A program made the position numbers and the translations under genes. A stretch of 59,360 bases of DNA, filler included. It is 5 parts of 5 records of this genome, joined end to end, with 100 filler letters (N's around TTAATTAATTAA, not from the genome) between each part and the next. Parts side by side here need not be neighbours in the genome. Positions count along the whole stretch, not along the records: positions 17,222 to 29,514 come from DRR723986_8470; positions 29,615 to 41,167 come from DRR723986_8471; 3 more parts are not named here. One strand, written 5' to 3'. Shown here piece after piece: positions 18,530 through 30,366 of this stretch. Each line of letters opens with the position of its first letter. Positions within the stretch are counted from its first letter, which is position 1. Under the pieces are notes generated by a model that saw nothing but the letters and a program-made list of their open reading frames with translations, was not told where the DNA came from and did not search any database.

Positions 18530-21085
18530 TTACGATTCTGTGGTTTTACCGGAAGTTTTAATTTTTATTTTTAAAACATCGTTCTTGGTGTCTAAATCCA
18601 TGGTAATGGTATCACCTTCTTGTATTTTGGCATTTATGATTTCTTCGGCCAAGGCATCTTCCACATATTTTTGAATCGCTCTATTAAGCGGTCTCGCTCC
18701 GTATTGCTTATCAAAACCTTTCTCAGCGATATAGTCCTTAGCTTTATCGGTTAATTTAAGTTCGTAACCTAAATCTTTAATTCTATCAACAAGTTTTATT
18801 AATTCAATATCTATAATCTTATTAATGTCTTCTTTCTCTAAAGCATTAAATACAATGACATCATCAATTCTATTTAAAAACTCAGGTGCAAATGCTTTTT
18901 TAAGGGCATTTTCAATAATCCCTTTGGCATAATCAGATTCTTGTGCTGCTTTTGCAGAGGTTCCAAATCCTACACCAGTACCAAAATCTTTTAGTTTTCT
19001 GGCTCCGATATTAGAGGTCATTATAATGATAGTATTTCTAAAATCTATCTTTCTTCCCAGACTATCAGTTAAATAACCATCATCTAAGACCTGTAAGAGC
19101 ATATTAAATACATCTGGATGTGCCTTCTCAATTTCATCTAAAAGTACAACAGCGTAAGGCTTACGTCTTATTTTTTCAGTTAACTGGCCTCCTTCTTCAT
19201 ATCCTACATATCCTGGAGGTGCACCAATAAGACGAGATATAGCGAATTTTTCCATGTACTCACTCATATCAATACGTACGAGTGCATCATCACTATCAAA
19301 TAATTCACGAGCTAAAACTTTAGCTAATTGTGTTTTACCGACACCTGTTTGTCCTAAAAATATAAATGAACCAATAGGTTTGTTAGGATCTTTTAGTCCG
19401 GCTCTATTTCTCTGTATCGCTTTTACAACTTTTGAAACGGCTTCGTCCTGGCCTATCACTTTACCTTTAATTAAGTCTGGTAATTTCGCCAACTTGTTAA
19501 TTTCAGTTTGTGCAATTTTATTTACAGGGATACCGGTCATCATAGACACCACATCGGCAACATTATCTTCTGTAACAACTTCGCGATGCTGTTTGGTTTC
19601 TTCTTCCCATTTTTCTTGAGCAGCTGCGAGTTCTTTTTCGAGTCGTTTTTCATCATCTCTGAGCTTAGCTGCTTCTTCGTATTTCTGTTTCTTAACGACC
19701 GTATTTTTAGTTTCCTTAACGACTTCAAGCTGCTTTTCTAATTCTAAAATTTGTTTTGGAACATCGATATTAGTGATGTGTACACGAGAACCTGCCTCAT
19801 CTAAAGCATCAATAGCCTTATCTGGAAGGAATCTTTCAGTCATATATCTATTGGTTAATTTTACACAAGCTTCAATGGCTTCATCTGTGTAATCAACGTT
19901 ATGATGGTCTTCGTATTTACTTTTTATATTATTGAGAATCTCTATAGTCTCTTCAACCGAAGTAGGCTCAACAATCACCTTTTGAAAACGACGCTCTAAG
20001 GCACCATCTTTTTCAATATATTGTCTATACTCATCTAATGTAGTAGCACCTATACATTGTATTTCACCTCTTGCTAAAGCAGGTTTAAACATATTTGAAG
20101 CATCCAGGCTTCCAGTGGCGCCACCAGCACCAACAATGGTATGAATTTCGTCAATGAAAAGAATAATATCGTCATTCTTTTCGAGCTCATTCATTACAGC
20201 TTTCATACGTTCTTCAAACTGTCCTCTGTATTTGGTTCCTGCCACTAAACTTGCCAAATCTAAAGTAACCACACGCTTATTAAAGAGTGTACGAGACACT
20301 TTACGTTTTACAATACGTAAGGCCAGTCCCTCTGCAATAGCAGATTTACCAACACCAGGTTCTCCTATTAATAACGGGTTGTTTTTCTTTCTTCTGCTTA
20401 AAATCTGAGATACACGCTGTATCTCTTTTTCTCTTCCAACAACAGGATCTAATTTTCCATCTTCTGCAAGGACCGTTAAATCTCTACCAAAATTATCTAG
20501 AACAGGAGTTTTAGATTTTTTATTGGATTTAGGGTTTTGACTGCCTCCAAATGGATTTTGTTTAGCATCATCTTCATCATCGTTTATATCGTCATCAGAA
20601 AATGATTCTGCTTTTGGGTCTTCTAAATAATCATCTTCGCTAGTAATCATAGATTTAAATTCTTCTTTTACGTTATCATAATCTACCTTAAGCTTGTTTA
20701 AAAGCTTAGTGGTAGGATCATTTTCATTTCTTAAAATGCACAGTAATAAATGTGCGGTATTTATTGAGGTACTCTGAAATAACTTCGCTTCTAAAAAAGT
20801 CGTTTTAAGAGCGCGCTCTGCTTGCCTAGTAAGATGCAAGTTCTTTTTTTCGTTAGAGGTGCTTACAATATTTGGGTTAGCAGGGCTTAATATCTCTACT
20901 TTTCGTCTTAAATGATTAAGATCCACATCTAAAGCGCTCAGAATATCTATAGCCTTTCCGCTGCCATCTCTTAAAAGCCCTAACATTAAATGTTCGGTAC
21001 CAATAAAATCATGACCTAAGCGTAAGGCTTCTTCTTTGCTAAATGCTATAACATCTTTAACTCTTGGGGAAAAATTATCGTCCAT
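18530..21085 (-). CDS. clpC: ATP-dependent Clp protease ATP-binding subunit ClpC
   Basis: Clp N-domain repeats (IGTEHL), two AAA+ modules ([16 protein letters not shown]), UVR-like [16 protein letters not shown]. Confidence 0.96.
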   Translation of the reverse strand: MDDNFSPRVKDVIAFSKEEALRLGHDFIGTEHLMLGLLRDGSGKAIDILSALDVDLNHLRRKVEILSPANPNIVSTSNEKKNLHLTRQAERALKTTFLEAKLFQSTSINTAHLLLCILRNENDPTTKLLNKLKVDYDNVKEEFKSMITSEDDYLEDPKAESFSDDDINDDEDDAKQNPFGGSQNPKSNKKSKTPVLDNFGRDLTVLAEDGKLDPVVGREKEIQRVSQILSRRKKNNPLLIGEPGVGKSAIAEGLALRIVKRKVSRTLFNKRVVTLDLASLVAGTKYRGQFEERMKAVMNELEKNDDIILFIDEIHTIVGAGGATGSLDASNMFKPALARGEIQCIGATTLDEYRQYIEKDGALERRFQKVIVEPTSVEETIEILNNIKSKYEDHHNVDYTDEAIEACVKLTNRYMTERFLPDKAIDALDEAGSRVHITNIDVPKQILELEKQLEVVKETKNTVVKKQKYEEAAKLRDDEKRLEKELAAAQEKWEEETKQHREVVTEDNVADVVSMMTGIPVNKIAQTEINKLAKLPDLIKGKVIGQDEAVSKVVKAIQRNRAGLKDPNKPIGSFIFLGQTGVGKTQLAKVLARELFDSDDALVRIDMSEYMEKFAISRLIGAPPGYVGYEEGGQLTEKIRRKPYAVVLLDEIEKAHPDVFNMLLQVLDDGYLTDSLGRKIDFRNTIIIMTSNIGARKLKDFGTGVGFGTSAKAAQESDYAKGIIENALKKAFAPEFLNRIDDVIVFNALEKEDINKIIDIELIKLVDRIKDLGYELKLTDKAKDYIAEKGFDKQYGARPLNRAIQKYVEDALAEEIINAKIQEGDTITMDLDTKNDVLKIKIKTSGKTTES

Positions 21086-21344
21086 AGTAAATTCCTTTCT
21101 GCATTAAAAATAATAAAAACATAATTATAAAGGACAAAAACTATACCTTAATTAAAATGTCTGAACGAATAGACTAAAAAAGCAATTTAAATCAAAGCAA
21201 ATCAGTATTAACTTATTAACGAAAAAGATATCAAATATTGTTAATAAAAAGTACTAAAAAGGAACTAATACAGCTCTGTAAACACTGCTAAATTGGTTAT
21301 ATTAGCACGTTTTGAAAACCGACAAAAAAAATAATTAAAATTAT

Positions 21345-23879
21345 ATGGCAGAAGGAGAAAAACTCATTCCAATTAACATTGAAGATGAAATGAAATCGGC
21401 TTACATTGATTATTCAATGTCAGTCATTGTGTCACGTGCATTACCAGACGTAAGAGATGGCTTAAAACCAGTACATAGACGCGTACTTTATGGTATGCAC
21501 GAACTAGGTGTTAGAGCAAACACAGCACATAAAAAATCAGCAAGAATTGTTGGTGAAGTTTTAGGTAAGTATCACCCACATGGTGATACATCAGTTTATG
21601 ATACAATGGTGCGTATGGCTCAAGAATGGAGTTTACGCTATATGTTAATTGATGGTCAAGGTAACTTTGGTTCTGTAGATGGTGATAGTCCGGCAGCAAT
21701 GCGTTATACAGAAGCACGTATGCGCAAAATATCTGAGGACATGTTGGCAGATATTGACAAAGAGACAGTAGATCATAAATTAAACTTTGATGATACTTTG
21801 GAGGAACCAACAGTTTTACCAACACGTATTCCAGGTTTATTAGTGAATGGTGCCTCTGGTATTGCTGTAGGTATGGCAACCAATATGCCACCACACAATT
21901 TAACTGAAGTGGTTAATGGTACCATTGCATACATTGATAATACAGATATTGAGATTGATGAGTTAATGCAGCATGTAAAAGCACCAGATTTTCCAACTGG
22001 TGGTACTATTTATGGTTACGATGGTGTAAAGGAAGCTTTTCATACGGGTCGTGGTCGTATAGTAATGCGAGGTAAGGCAAACATTGAGGAGGTAAATGGT
22101 CGTGAATGTATCATAGTCAATGAGATTCCTTATCAGGTTAATAAAGCAGATATGATTAAAAAGACTGCTGATCTGGTAAATGATAAAAAGTTAGAAGGTA
22201 TTTCTACAATTAGAGACGAATCTGATAGAAATGGAATGCGAATCGTATACGTGTTAAAGCGTGATGCTATTCCTAATATTGTCCTTAATAAATTATATAA
22301 GTATACGGCATTACAATCATCATTTAGTGTAAATAATATTGCACTTGTTAATGGTCGTCCACAGTTACTTAATCTAAAGGACCTTATACATTATTTTGTT
22401 GAACATAGACATGAAGTTGTTGTAAGACGAACTAAGTACGAATTACGTAAGGCAGAGGAACGCGCTCATATTTTAGAAGGATTAATCATAGCATCAGATA
22501 ATATTGATGAGGTTATTGCATTAATTAGAGCATCGGCTAATGCAGATGAGGCAAGAACAAAATTAATTGAACGCTTTAAGTTAACAGAAATACAAGCAAA
22601 GGCTATCGTAGAGATGCGACTGCGTCAGTTAACAGGATTAGAGCAAGATAAATTACGTGTTGAATACGATGAGTTAATGGTAACCATAAAAGACCTTAAA
22701 GATATCTTAGAAAAGAAAGATCGTCGTATGGATATCATTAAGGAAGAGCTTGAAGTTGTAAAAGACAAATATGGTGACGAGCGTCGTTCTGTAATTGAAT
22801 ATGCCGGTGGTGATCTAAGTATAGAAGATATGATACCAGATGAGAAAGTTGTGATTACAATTTCTCATGCAGGCTACATCAAAAGAACATCGCTTACGGA
22901 ATACAAAACTCAAAATAGAGGAGGAGTAGGTCAAAAAGCATCTACCACTCGAAATGAAGATTTCTTAGAACATTTATTTGTTGGTACAAATCATCAGTAC
23001 ATGCTATTCTTTACTCAAAAAGGTAAATGTTTCTGGATGCGTGTATATGAAATACCAGAAGGTGCAAAAACTTCAAAAGGTAGAGCTATTCAAAACCTTA
23101 TAAATATTGAGCAGGATGACAAGGTGATGGCATTTATATGTACTCAAGACTTAAAAGATGAAGACTACATTAATAGTCATTATGTTATCATGGCTACTAA
23201 AAAGGGACAGGTTAAGAAAACATCTTTAGAACAGTATTCTAGACCAAGAACCAATGGTATTAATGCGATTACTATTAGAGAGAATGATGAGTTACTAGAG
23301 GCTAAACTTACCACTGGTGAAAGTCAGGTAATGTTAGCGCTAGAATCTGGTAAAGCAATACGTTTTGAAGAAGCTAAGACGAGACCTATGGGCAGAAACG
23401 CATCTGGTGTAAGAGGAATTACTTTAGCGAATGATAAGGATGAAGTTGTAGGAATGATTGCCGTAGATGATATGGAAAGCAATATTCTTGTGGTCTCAGA
23501 AAATGGCTACGGAAAACGCTCTAGTTTAGATGATTATAGAATTACTAACCGTGGTGGAAAAGGTGTGAAAACTATTTCTATTACAGAAAAAACTGGTAAC
23601 TTAGTATCTATAAAGAATGTAACTGATGAAGATGATCTAATGATTATCAATAAATCAGGTATTGCTATTAGAATGGCTGTATCAGATCTTCGTGTAATGG
23701 GAAGAGCTACTCAAGGTGTAAAACTAATAAACTTAAAAGGTAACGATTCTATTGCAGCTGTTGCTAAGGTAATGAAAGATGATGATGAAGATGTTCAAAT
23801 TGAAAACACTGAATCATCCGAAAATCAAGGGCCTAATGAAGATGGCACGGCTATTGATACTAATGAAACTGAAAACTAA
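21345..23879 (+). CDS. gyrA: DNA gyrase subunit A
   Basis: [29 protein letters not shown] (catalytic Tyr), GyrA-box QNRGGVG, beta-pinwheel repeats, acidic tail. Confidence 0.98.
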   Translation: MAEGEKLIPINIEDEMKSAYIDYSMSVIVSRALPDVRDGLKPVHRRVLYGMHELGVRANTAHKKSARIVGEVLGKYHPHGDTSVYDTMVRMAQEWSLRYMLIDGQGNFGSVDGDSPAAMRYTEARMRKISEDMLADIDKETVDHKLNFDDTLEEPTVLPTRIPGLLVNGASGIAVGMATNMPPHNLTEVVNGTIAYIDNTDIEIDELMQHVKAPDFPTGGTIYGYDGVKEAFHTGRGRIVMRGKANIEEVNGRECIIVNEIPYQVNKADMIKKTADLVNDKKLEGISTIRDESDRNGMRIVYVLKRDAIPNIVLNKLYKYTALQSSFSVNNIALVNGRPQLLNLKDLIHYFVEHRHEVVVRRTKYELRKAEERAHILEGLIIASDNIDEVIALIRASANADEARTKLIERFKLTEIQAKAIVEMRLRQLTGLEQDKLRVEYDELMVTIKDLKDILEKKDRRMDIIKEELEVVKDKYGDERRSVIEYAGGDLSIEDMIPDEKVVITISHAGYIKRTSLTEYKTQNRGGVGQKASTTRNEDFLEHLFVGTNHQYMLFFTQKGKCFWMRVYEIPEGAKTSKGRAIQNLINIEQDDKVMAFICTQDLKDEDYINSHYVIMATKKGQVKKTSLEQYSRPRTNGINAITIRENDELLEAKLTTGESQVMLALESGKAIRFEEAKTRPMGRNASGVRGITLANDKDEVVGMIAVDDMESNILVVSENGYGKRSSLDDYRITNRGGKGVKTISITEKTGNLVSIKNVTDEDDLMIINKSGIAIRMAVSDLRVMGRATQGVKLINLKGNDSIAAVAKVMKDDDEDVQIENTESSENQGPNEDGTAIDTNETEN

Positions 23880-23906
23880 AATTAACAACAAATTATTTAT
23901 TACAAG

Positions 23907-25190
23907 ATGAAAAAATTAATAGCGTTGGTGTTACTTGTAGCATTTACTTCAATGTCTTTTGCACAAAAAAGTGAAATAAAAGCTGTAGAGAAAGCACTAA
24001 AAATTTCAAATTTTGCTGATGCGAAAACATCTGTCGCTGAAGCTGAAGTTTTACTTGGTAATATGGATGATAAAACTAAAGCGAAGTTTTATTTTCTTAA
24101 AGCTCAAGCTTTATATGCTAACGGTGCAGGTACAGACGCACAAGTAGACGAGGCAATAGAGAGTTTAGATAAGTTAAAGACCATAGAGTCTAAAATGGGG
24201 AAATTAAAATATACAGATCAGGCTAATGAAATGAAATCTGGTATGTTTAATTCATTTATTACAAAAGCAAATCAAGCATTTAATAATAATGATTTTGTAA
24301 CTGCTGCTAAGCGTTTTGAGAAAATTTATAGAGTATCTCCTGAGGATACCTTGTATTTATATAATGCTGCATATTCAGCAGTTGAAGCTCAGGATTATGA
24401 TATGGCCATTGACTATTTCTTAGAATTAAAAGAAAAAGGATATACTGGTATAAAAATGAATTATTATGCAGTAAATAAAGAAACTAACGAAGAAGAAAAG
24501 TTTGCAGATAAAATAGGTAGAGATTTTTCAGTTAAAATTAAAACACACTTAAAGCCAAGAGACGAGAAAGCTAAGTCTAAGAGAGGCGAAATTGTTAGAA
24601 ATATTGCTCTAATTTATGTATCTCAGGGAGAAAATGAGAAGGCATTAGCAGCAATGATTGATGCAAGAAGTGAAAACCCTGATGATTTAGGGTTAATTAT
24701 AGCACAGGCTCAGATGTATCTTAAAATGGGTAATAAAGAAAAGTTTGCTGAATTAATAAATGAGGCCTCTAGTAAAGGTACCGATGATGCAGAATTCTTA
24801 TTCAATCTCGGAACTCTTTTAGCAGAATCAGGGAACCATACTGATGCTAAAATTTATTATCAAAAGTCTATTGATAAAGATCCGACTTATAACTATGCTT
24901 ATATAAATATGGCGTTTTCAATATTGGCTGATGAATCTAAGATTGTCGAAGAGATGAATGGCTTAGGTAATACAGCGGCAGATAACAAACGTTATGATGA
25001 GTTAAAAGTTAAGCGTGAGAACTTATATAGAGAAGCTATACCTTTCTTCGAAAAATCACTGACCTTAAAGGATGATATTAATGTAATAACAAACTTGATG
25101 AATCTTTATAGTGTATTAAGTGAAACAGAAAAGTATAAAGAATTAAAAGCTAAAAAAGAGCAAATGGAAGCTGCTTTAGGTGGTAACTAA
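23907..25190 (+). CDS. Secreted tetratricopeptide repeat protein
   Basis: Signal peptide ending SFAQ, TPR-like helices (YLYNAAYSA, FLFNLGTLL, AYINMA). Confidence 0.85.
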   Translation: MKKLIALVLLVAFTSMSFAQKSEIKAVEKALKISNFADAKTSVAEAEVLLGNMDDKTKAKFYFLKAQALYANGAGTDAQVDEAIESLDKLKTIESKMGKLKYTDQANEMKSGMFNSFITKANQAFNNNDFVTAAKRFEKIYRVSPEDTLYLYNAAYSAVEAQDYDMAIDYFLELKEKGYTGIKMNYYAVNKETNEEEKFADKIGRDFSVKIKTHLKPRDEKAKSKRGEIVRNIALIYVSQGENEKALAAMIDARSENPDDLGLIIAQAQMYLKMGNKEKFAELINEASSKGTDDAEFLFNLGTLLAESGNHTDAKIYYQKSIDKDPTYNYAYINMAFSILADESKIVEEMNGLGNTAADNKRYDELKVKRENLYREAIPFFEKSLTLKDDINVITNLMNLYSVLSETEKYKELKAKKEQMEAALGGN

Positions 25191-25211
25191 TTTGTGAGCT
25201 ATAGATTAAAT

Positions 25212-25243
25212 AAAAAAGCAGTGCTATTAGCACTGCTTTTTTT
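25212..25243. terminator. Bidirectional terminator between convergent genes
   Basis: AAAAAAGCAGTGCTA-T-TAGCACTGCTTTTTT inverted repeat. Confidence 0.88.
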
Positions 25244-25991
25244 ATATTATCTTTTTAATAACTCTTAGTTTATGAGTGTGTATATTTTTATCAATATTAT
25301 ATATACCACTATGATCTAATCGGTCTATTCTAACTTTACCGTGGGCATGAATTATGTAATTATCTTCCATTATTATACCAACATGGATAATATTACCTTC
25401 TGAGTTATCAAAAAACGCAAGATCACCAGGTTCAGATTCTTCAATAAAACTTAATGCTTCTCCTTGCGCAGCCTGTTGAGAGGCATCTCTGTACAAGTTA
25501 TATCCATTAAGTTTATAAACCATTTGAGTAAAACCAGAACAATCAATTCCGAATGGAGTTTTTCCTCCCCATAAATAGGGTGCATTAAGATATAAAAATG
25601 CGGTTTTTATGATATGAGATTTGTCTTGTTTGGATGATATAGAATTTCCTTCAAATTTATGATGTAACAGATCTAATCCATTCAAGTTAGAGCCTAAAGG
25701 AATAGGATATAGATTATCGTTACTATCGGAAACATATTGAATTAAGTCTTTGGATAGATTTAAATCTAATTTTGAAAAATCATTATAACTATTGGCATCA
25801 ATTTCTAAATACTGTTTGTTATCTACCCATCCTTCATATTTATCAAAGGTAAATCGAATACGGCTCCATTTTTTACGCTGTTCTAAAACTTTAAATAAAT
25901 CTCCATACAGAGCCTGCGTTACCATCTCACTGGTATCACTTGGTTCTAGTCGTATTGGTACAATCCCAAGATTGCAAATGCCGTATTGCAT
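25242..25991 (-). CDS. NlpC/P60 (C40) peptidase with N-terminal SH3-like domain
   Basis: PYLWGG, GIDCSG (catalytic Cys), PGDLAFF, HVGI, IHAH. Confidence 0.92.
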   Translation of the reverse strand: MQYGICNLGIVPIRLEPSDTSEMVTQALYGDLFKVLEQRKKWSRIRFTFDKYEGWVDNKQYLEIDANSYNDFSKLDLNLSKDLIQYVSDSNDNLYPIPLGSNLNGLDLLHHKFEGNSISSKQDKSHIIKTAFLYLNAPYLWGGKTPFGIDCSGFTQMVYKLNGYNLYRDASQQAAQGEALSFIEESEPGDLAFFDNSEGNIIHVGIIMEDNYIIHAHGKVRIDRLDHSGIYNIDKNIHTHKLRVIKKII

Positions 25992-26000
25992 AGAAAAAAT

Positions 26001-27179
26001 TTAAGCGCGCTCTAATACCATAGCCGAAGCACCACCACCACCATTACAGATAGCAGCTGCACCAATTTTGGCATTGTTCTGATGAAGAACGTTAATTAAT
26101 GTCACTAATATTCTAGCACCAGAGCATCCAAGAGGATGACCTAAAGACACTGCTCCGCCATTAACATTAACATTTTTATCAGTCAATCCTAATAGTTTCA
26201 TATTTGCTAGTCCAACTACAGAAAAAGCCTCATTAAATTCAAAGAAATCCACATCATTTAAATCGATGTTTGCTTTAGCCAAAGCCTTTGGTAACGCTTT
26301 AGCAGGGGCAGTAGTAAACCATTTGGGTTCTTGAGCCGCATCTGCATAACTCTTTATAACCGCTAAAGGTGTAAGGCCTAGTTCATTTGCTTTCTCTCTA
26401 CTCATTAATACCATTGCTGCGGCACCATCGTTTATAGTAGACGCATTTGCTGCAGTGACGGTTCCGTCTTTAGTAAATGCTGGTCTTAAAGCGGGAATTT
26501 TTTCCATCTTTACATTAGTATATTCCTCGTCTCTATCCACCACAACAACATCTCCTCGACGCTGAGGTACTTCAACAGGAATAACTTCGTTATCAAATTT
26601 ACCAGCTTCCCATGCAGCCTGAGAACGTTTATAGGATTGAATAGCAAAAGCATCCTGGTCTTCTCTACTAAACTCATATTCTGTAGCACATGCATCAGCA
26701 CATACTCCCATAGCATGTTTATCATATGCGTCTACTAGTCCGTCTTTTTGCATACCATCTTCTAATGTTGCAGGACCAAATTTTGTCGCACTACGTGCAT
26801 GATAATAATGAGGTATGGCACTCATGTTTTCCATTCCACCAGCCACAATAACATCTGCATCGCCCAATTGAATTGCTTGTGCTGCTTGCATAATCGCCTT
26901 CATACCAGAAGCACAAACTTTATTAACTGTAGTGCAAGGTACGCTATCAGGTATGCCAGCATAAATAGCAGCTTGTCTGGCAGGTGCCTGACCTGTTCCT
27001 GCTTGTACAACATTGCCCATTAACACTTCTTCCACCAACTCTGGTTTTAAATTAATTTTATCTAATGCTCCTTTAATTGCTACTGCACCTAATCTTGGTG
27101 CAGGCACTGTAGATAAACTTCCTAAAAAACTTCCAATAGGTGTTCTAACTGCTGATACTATTACAACGTCCTTGTTCAT
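26001..27179 (-). CDS. Acetyl-CoA C-acetyltransferase (thiolase)
   Basis: RTPIG, NKVCASG, NEAF, GHPLGCSG, ICNGGGG. Confidence 0.95.
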   Translation of the reverse strand: MNKDVVIVSAVRTPIGSFLGSLSTVPAPRLGAVAIKGALDKINLKPELVEEVLMGNVVQAGTGQAPARQAAIYAGIPDSVPCTTVNKVCASGMKAIMQAAQAIQLGDADVIVAGGMENMSAIPHYYHARSATKFGPATLEDGMQKDGLVDAYDKHAMGVCADACATEYEFSREDQDAFAIQSYKRSQAAWEAGKFDNEVIPVEVPQRRGDVVVVDRDEEYTNVKMEKIPALRPAFTKDGTVTAANASTINDGAAAMVLMSREKANELGLTPLAVIKSYADAAQEPKWFTTAPAKALPKALAKANIDLNDVDFFEFNEAFSVVGLANMKLLGLTDKNVNVNGGAVSLGHPLGCSGARILVTLINVLHQNNAKIGAAAICNGGGGASAMVLERA

Positions 27180-27206
27180 TGATTTTATGTTTGATATTAA
27201 TTGCTG

Positions 27207-27214
27207 CGAAATTA
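27207..27214 (-). promoter_or_regulatory. Putative Bacteroidetes -7 promoter element for thiolase
   Basis: Minus strand TAATTTCG, one mismatch from TAnnTTTG, about 27 nt above the ATG. Confidence 0.45.
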
Positions 27215-27277
27215 ATCAATTTTTAGGTATTTTAGAATGTAATAAAGATTATAGCAGTTTAAAATTTTAATATTTAT

Positions 27278-27285
27278 TACATTTG
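27278..27285 (+). promoter_or_regulatory. Bacteroidetes -7 promoter element (TAnnTTTG)
   Basis: TACATTTG is an exact match, 7 nt before ATG 27293. Confidence 0.55.
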
Positions 27286-27292
27286 ATTGTAT

Positions 27293-29344
27293 ATGAATGC
27301 ACTTCTAAATAAATGGTATAAAAATCATGCATTAGTCTATAAGATACTTCTCTTTTTAGTCACTACACTATTTATTGTGTATTTGTTTCCTAAAACAGGA
27401 AAATTTAAATATTCATTTGAGAAAGGAAAACCCTGGCAATCAGAAAATCTTTATGCTCCTTTTAATTTTGCGATTAAGAAGCCTCAAGATGAAATAGATA
27501 TTGAGAAAGCAAATATTGAGAGAAATACTCCATTGTATTTTGATGAGGTTTCTAAAGCTAAAGACGATGTTTTATCAAATTATATAGAACAATTTAATTT
27601 AGCATTTAAAGACTCACTTAATTTTAATAATCAGAATACCGAACTGTATAAAAGAGGAAAATCCTTTATAGAAAACTTATACCAATCTGGTGTCCTTGAT
27701 CTGGTTTATAATTATGCTGAGGAGAGACCGGTTATTCTTGTAAATTCTAATGAGGTACAAAGTCAGTTACTCTTTGAAGATTTAAAAAAACTTAGTGAAT
27801 TAAGACAATTATTAGAGAATCATTTTGACGGTGATATTTCAGTTGAAAAACGAAACCGAATGATTTCCCTATTCTTTGATGTCATAAAACCAAACTTATC
27901 TCTCAATGAAAGCCTTACACAAAAGGTATTAGAGGAGGAGTTGTCAAAAATAGCATTGACACGAGGAAGTATTGAAAAGGAAACTTTGATTATTTCTAAA
28001 GGTCAAATTGTAGAGGATGAGGAGTTTAGTATTTTAAATTCTTTAAAATCTGAATACGAATCGCAAGTTTGGAATACAGCGAATTACAATTGGGTTTTAT
28101 TCGCATATACATTATTAGTGGCATTGGCACTCCTTATGTTACTGCTGTTTTTAAGAAAATATCGAATTGAAGTATTTCACAACAATACCAAGGTTACTTT
28201 TATATTTTTCAATATTGTTTTAATGATTTTATTGACAACATTAGTCATTAATTACAATTCACAGTATATCTATATAGTACCACTTTGCGTATTACCTTTA
28301 GTTTTAAAAGCATTTTTTGATGCAAGATTAGGTTTGTTTGCACATGTACTCACAGTATTGCTTTTAGGGTTTATTGTACCAAATAGTTACGAGTACATGT
28401 TTCTTCAGATTATTGCTGGTATTGTTACCATTTTAACGGTGTCAGAGCTTTATAAACGTGCAAATCTTTTCATTTCAGTAGGTCAAATTACACTTATTTA
28501 CATAATCGCTTATTTTGCGTTTTTTGTAATTCATGAAGGCCAAATCACAAGTTTAAAATGGGAAACGTTTACGCTGTTTATTTTATGTGGATTGGCAACA
28601 TTATTTGTGCAACCACTTATTTATATTTATGAAAAAATATTTGGATTAGTGTCTGATGTGTCACTGTTAGAATTATCAGACACCAATACAAAATTGTTAA
28701 AAGAGCTTTCAAATAGAGCGCCTGGAACATTTCATCATTCTCTAAACGTGGCAAATTTAGCTGAGGCTTCAGCAAATGAAATTGGTGCTAATGCTATGTT
28801 AGTGAGGGTTGGAGCATTATATCATGATATTGGTAAAATGTCTAATCCTACTTATTTTACAGAAAATCAGAGTACTGGTATTAATCCTCATGATGAATTA
28901 TCAAATTATGAAAGTGCTAGTATTATTATTGATCATACTATTAAAGGTATTGAATTTGCCAAAAAAAATAATTTACCAGATCGTGTTATAGACTTTATTA
29001 GAACGCACCATGGCACAAGTACTGTTTATTACTTTTATATGAAAGAAAAGTCTAAAAATGAAAATGTATCAATTGAAGATTTTTCATATCCAGGCCCAAA
29101 GCCATTTAGCAAAGAGACTGTAATACTAATGATGTGCGACAGTGTAGAAGCTGCCTCAAAAAGTTTAAAGGAACCCACAAGTACAAAAATTAATGACTTT
29201 GTTGAGAGTGTAATTGACAAGCAAATGGAAAGTGGACAATTTCTAAATGCCAATATTACTTTTAAAGAAATTCAGTCTATTAAAAAAGTGTTGAAGCATA
29301 AGTTAGCTAACATTTATCATTTAAGAATAGAATATCCAGAATAA
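27293..29344 (+). CDS. 7TM-HD phosphohydrolase (PgpH-like)
   Basis: N-terminal TM, extracytoplasmic domain, about 7 TMs, HD domain (APGTFHHS, YHDIGK, HHGT, YPGPKP, CDSVEAA). Confidence 0.9.
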   Translation: MNALLNKWYKNHALVYKILLFLVTTLFIVYLFPKTGKFKYSFEKGKPWQSENLYAPFNFAIKKPQDEIDIEKANIERNTPLYFDEVSKAKDDVLSNYIEQFNLAFKDSLNFNNQNTELYKRGKSFIENLYQSGVLDLVYNYAEERPVILVNSNEVQSQLLFEDLKKLSELRQLLENHFDGDISVEKRNRMISLFFDVIKPNLSLNESLTQKVLEEELSKIALTRGSIEKETLIISKGQIVEDEEFSILNSLKSEYESQVWNTANYNWVLFAYTLLVALALLMLLLFLRKYRIEVFHNNTKVTFIFFNIVLMILLTTLVINYNSQYIYIVPLCVLPLVLKAFFDARLGLFAHVLTVLLLGFIVPNSYEYMFLQIIAGIVTILTVSELYKRANLFISVGQITLIYIIAYFAFFVIHEGQITSLKWETFTLFILCGLATLFVQPLIYIYEKIFGLVSDVSLLELSDTNTKLLKELSNRAPGTFHHSLNVANLAEASANEIGANAMLVRVGALYHDIGKMSNPTYFTENQSTGINPHDELSNYESASIIIDHTIKGIEFAKKNNLPDRVIDFIRTHHGTSTVYYFYMKEKSKNENVSIEDFSYPGPKPFSKETVILMMCDSVEAASKSLKEPTSTKINDFVESVIDKQMESGQFLNANITFKEIQSIKKVLKHKLANIYHLRIEYPE

Positions 29345-29345
29345 C

Positions 29346-29378
29346 AAAAAAGCCTTACTAAAAATAGTAAGGCTTTTT
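29346..29378. terminator. Bidirectional terminator between HD gene and tRNA-Arg
   Basis: AAAAAGCCTTACTA-AAAA-TAGTAAGGCTTTTT. Confidence 0.85.
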
Positions 29379-29379
29379 G

Positions 29380-29453
29380 TGATCGCGACAGGATTCGAAC
29401 CTGTGACCGTCTGCTTAGAAGGCAGATGCTCTATCCAGCTGAGCTACGCGACC
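29380..29453 (-). tRNA. tRNA-Arg (TCT), CCA not encoded
   Basis: Reverse complement GGTCGCGTAGCTCAGCTGGATAGAGCATCTGCCTTCTAAGCAGACGGTCACAGGTTCGAATCCTGTCGCGATCA folds as a cloverleaf with TCT anticodon. Confidence 0.96.
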
Positions 29454-29485
29454 ATTCAAGAGTTAAAACTCTGAAATCATTAAAG

Positions 29486-29514
29486 TCGGGGTGGCAGGAT
29501 TCGAACCTGCGACC
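29486..29514 (-). tRNA. tRNA 3' part, probably tRNA-Pro (contig ends; anticodon not visible)
   Basis: Reverse complement GGTCGCAGGTTCGAATCCTGCCACCCCGA gives a T-arm plus an acceptor strand ending CCGA, typical of tRNA-Pro. Confidence 0.8.
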
Positions 29515-29614
29515 NNNNNNNNNNNNNNNNNNNNNNNNNNNNNNNNNNNNNNNNNNNNTTAATTAATTAANNNNNNNNNNNNNNNNNNNNNNNNNNNNNN
29601 NNNNNNNNNNNNNN
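29515..29614. other. Artificial contig spacer
   Basis: N runs flanking TTAATTAATTAA. Confidence 0.99.
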
Positions 29615-30351
29615 CCAACATGTTGGGTGATATCAAATCCATGCTGAAAATCCATGCCCTCGGGCCACCACTGACCCTGACAGGTAGGCAGATCGGTACA
29701 GGCAACGGCGGCGTAGTTGGCTGCCGTCCAGGCCCCCAGGGCAATCTGGGCAATGAGCAGCAGCAAACCGCCATACAGCCAGGGTCGGAGTCTTGCCAGG
29801 GATGCCGCCATCGCCGGTCGCGGCGCCTCACTTTCCCGTGCTCGCCACCGGAGCCGCAGGGTCAGCAATAACAACAGGCTCAGGGTGGTAAATCCGCCCA
29901 GCAGGTGCAGGGCTACCACCTGGGGCCAGAGCTTGAGGGTAACCGTCCACATGCCGAACGCGGCCTGCAGTACGATAAAGCCGGCAATGAACAGCGGGAG
30001 TTTGACCGGCAGCCCCGCTCTGCGGTTGCGTACCGAGGCAATGGCCAGCCCGAATACCAGTAGTCCCAGGGTACCGGCGGCGTACCGATGAATCATTTCC
30101 GGCCAGCCCTTGGAAACATCCACCGGGGTCTCCGGGAAACGGGCATTGGCAATGGCGATGCGAGTTTCATCCTGGGGCACGGTCAGAAAGCCATAACAGC
30201 CAGGCCAGTCCGGGCATCCCAGGCCGGCGTGAACCAGCCGTGTCCAGGCACCGAGCATAATCACCACCACTGCCAGCAAGCAGGCCAGGGTAGCCCAGAA
30301 CGCCAGTTTCTTTGCTATTGCCCGGGATTGCTCCGGAGACATCGCCGTCAT
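29615..30351 (-). CDS. ctaA: Heme A synthase COX15/CtaA, N-terminal part (contig ends)
   Basis: LGAWTRL.HAGLGCPDWPGCYG, EMIHRY, LHLLGG, CTDLPTCQG. Confidence 0.92.
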
Positions 30352-30366
30352 ACCGCAGGCCTCCCG

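Noticed and set aside
21345..23879. GyrA has Thr at the Ser83-equivalent position (HGDTSVYD)
   Set aside because: Thr is the usual residue in Flavobacteria to my knowledge; not evidence of acquired quinolone resistance.
29380..29514. tRNA 3' ends as possible integration sites
   Set aside because: No integrase, direct-repeat copy or foreign DNA adjacent; a core gene and a terminator flank the tRNA.
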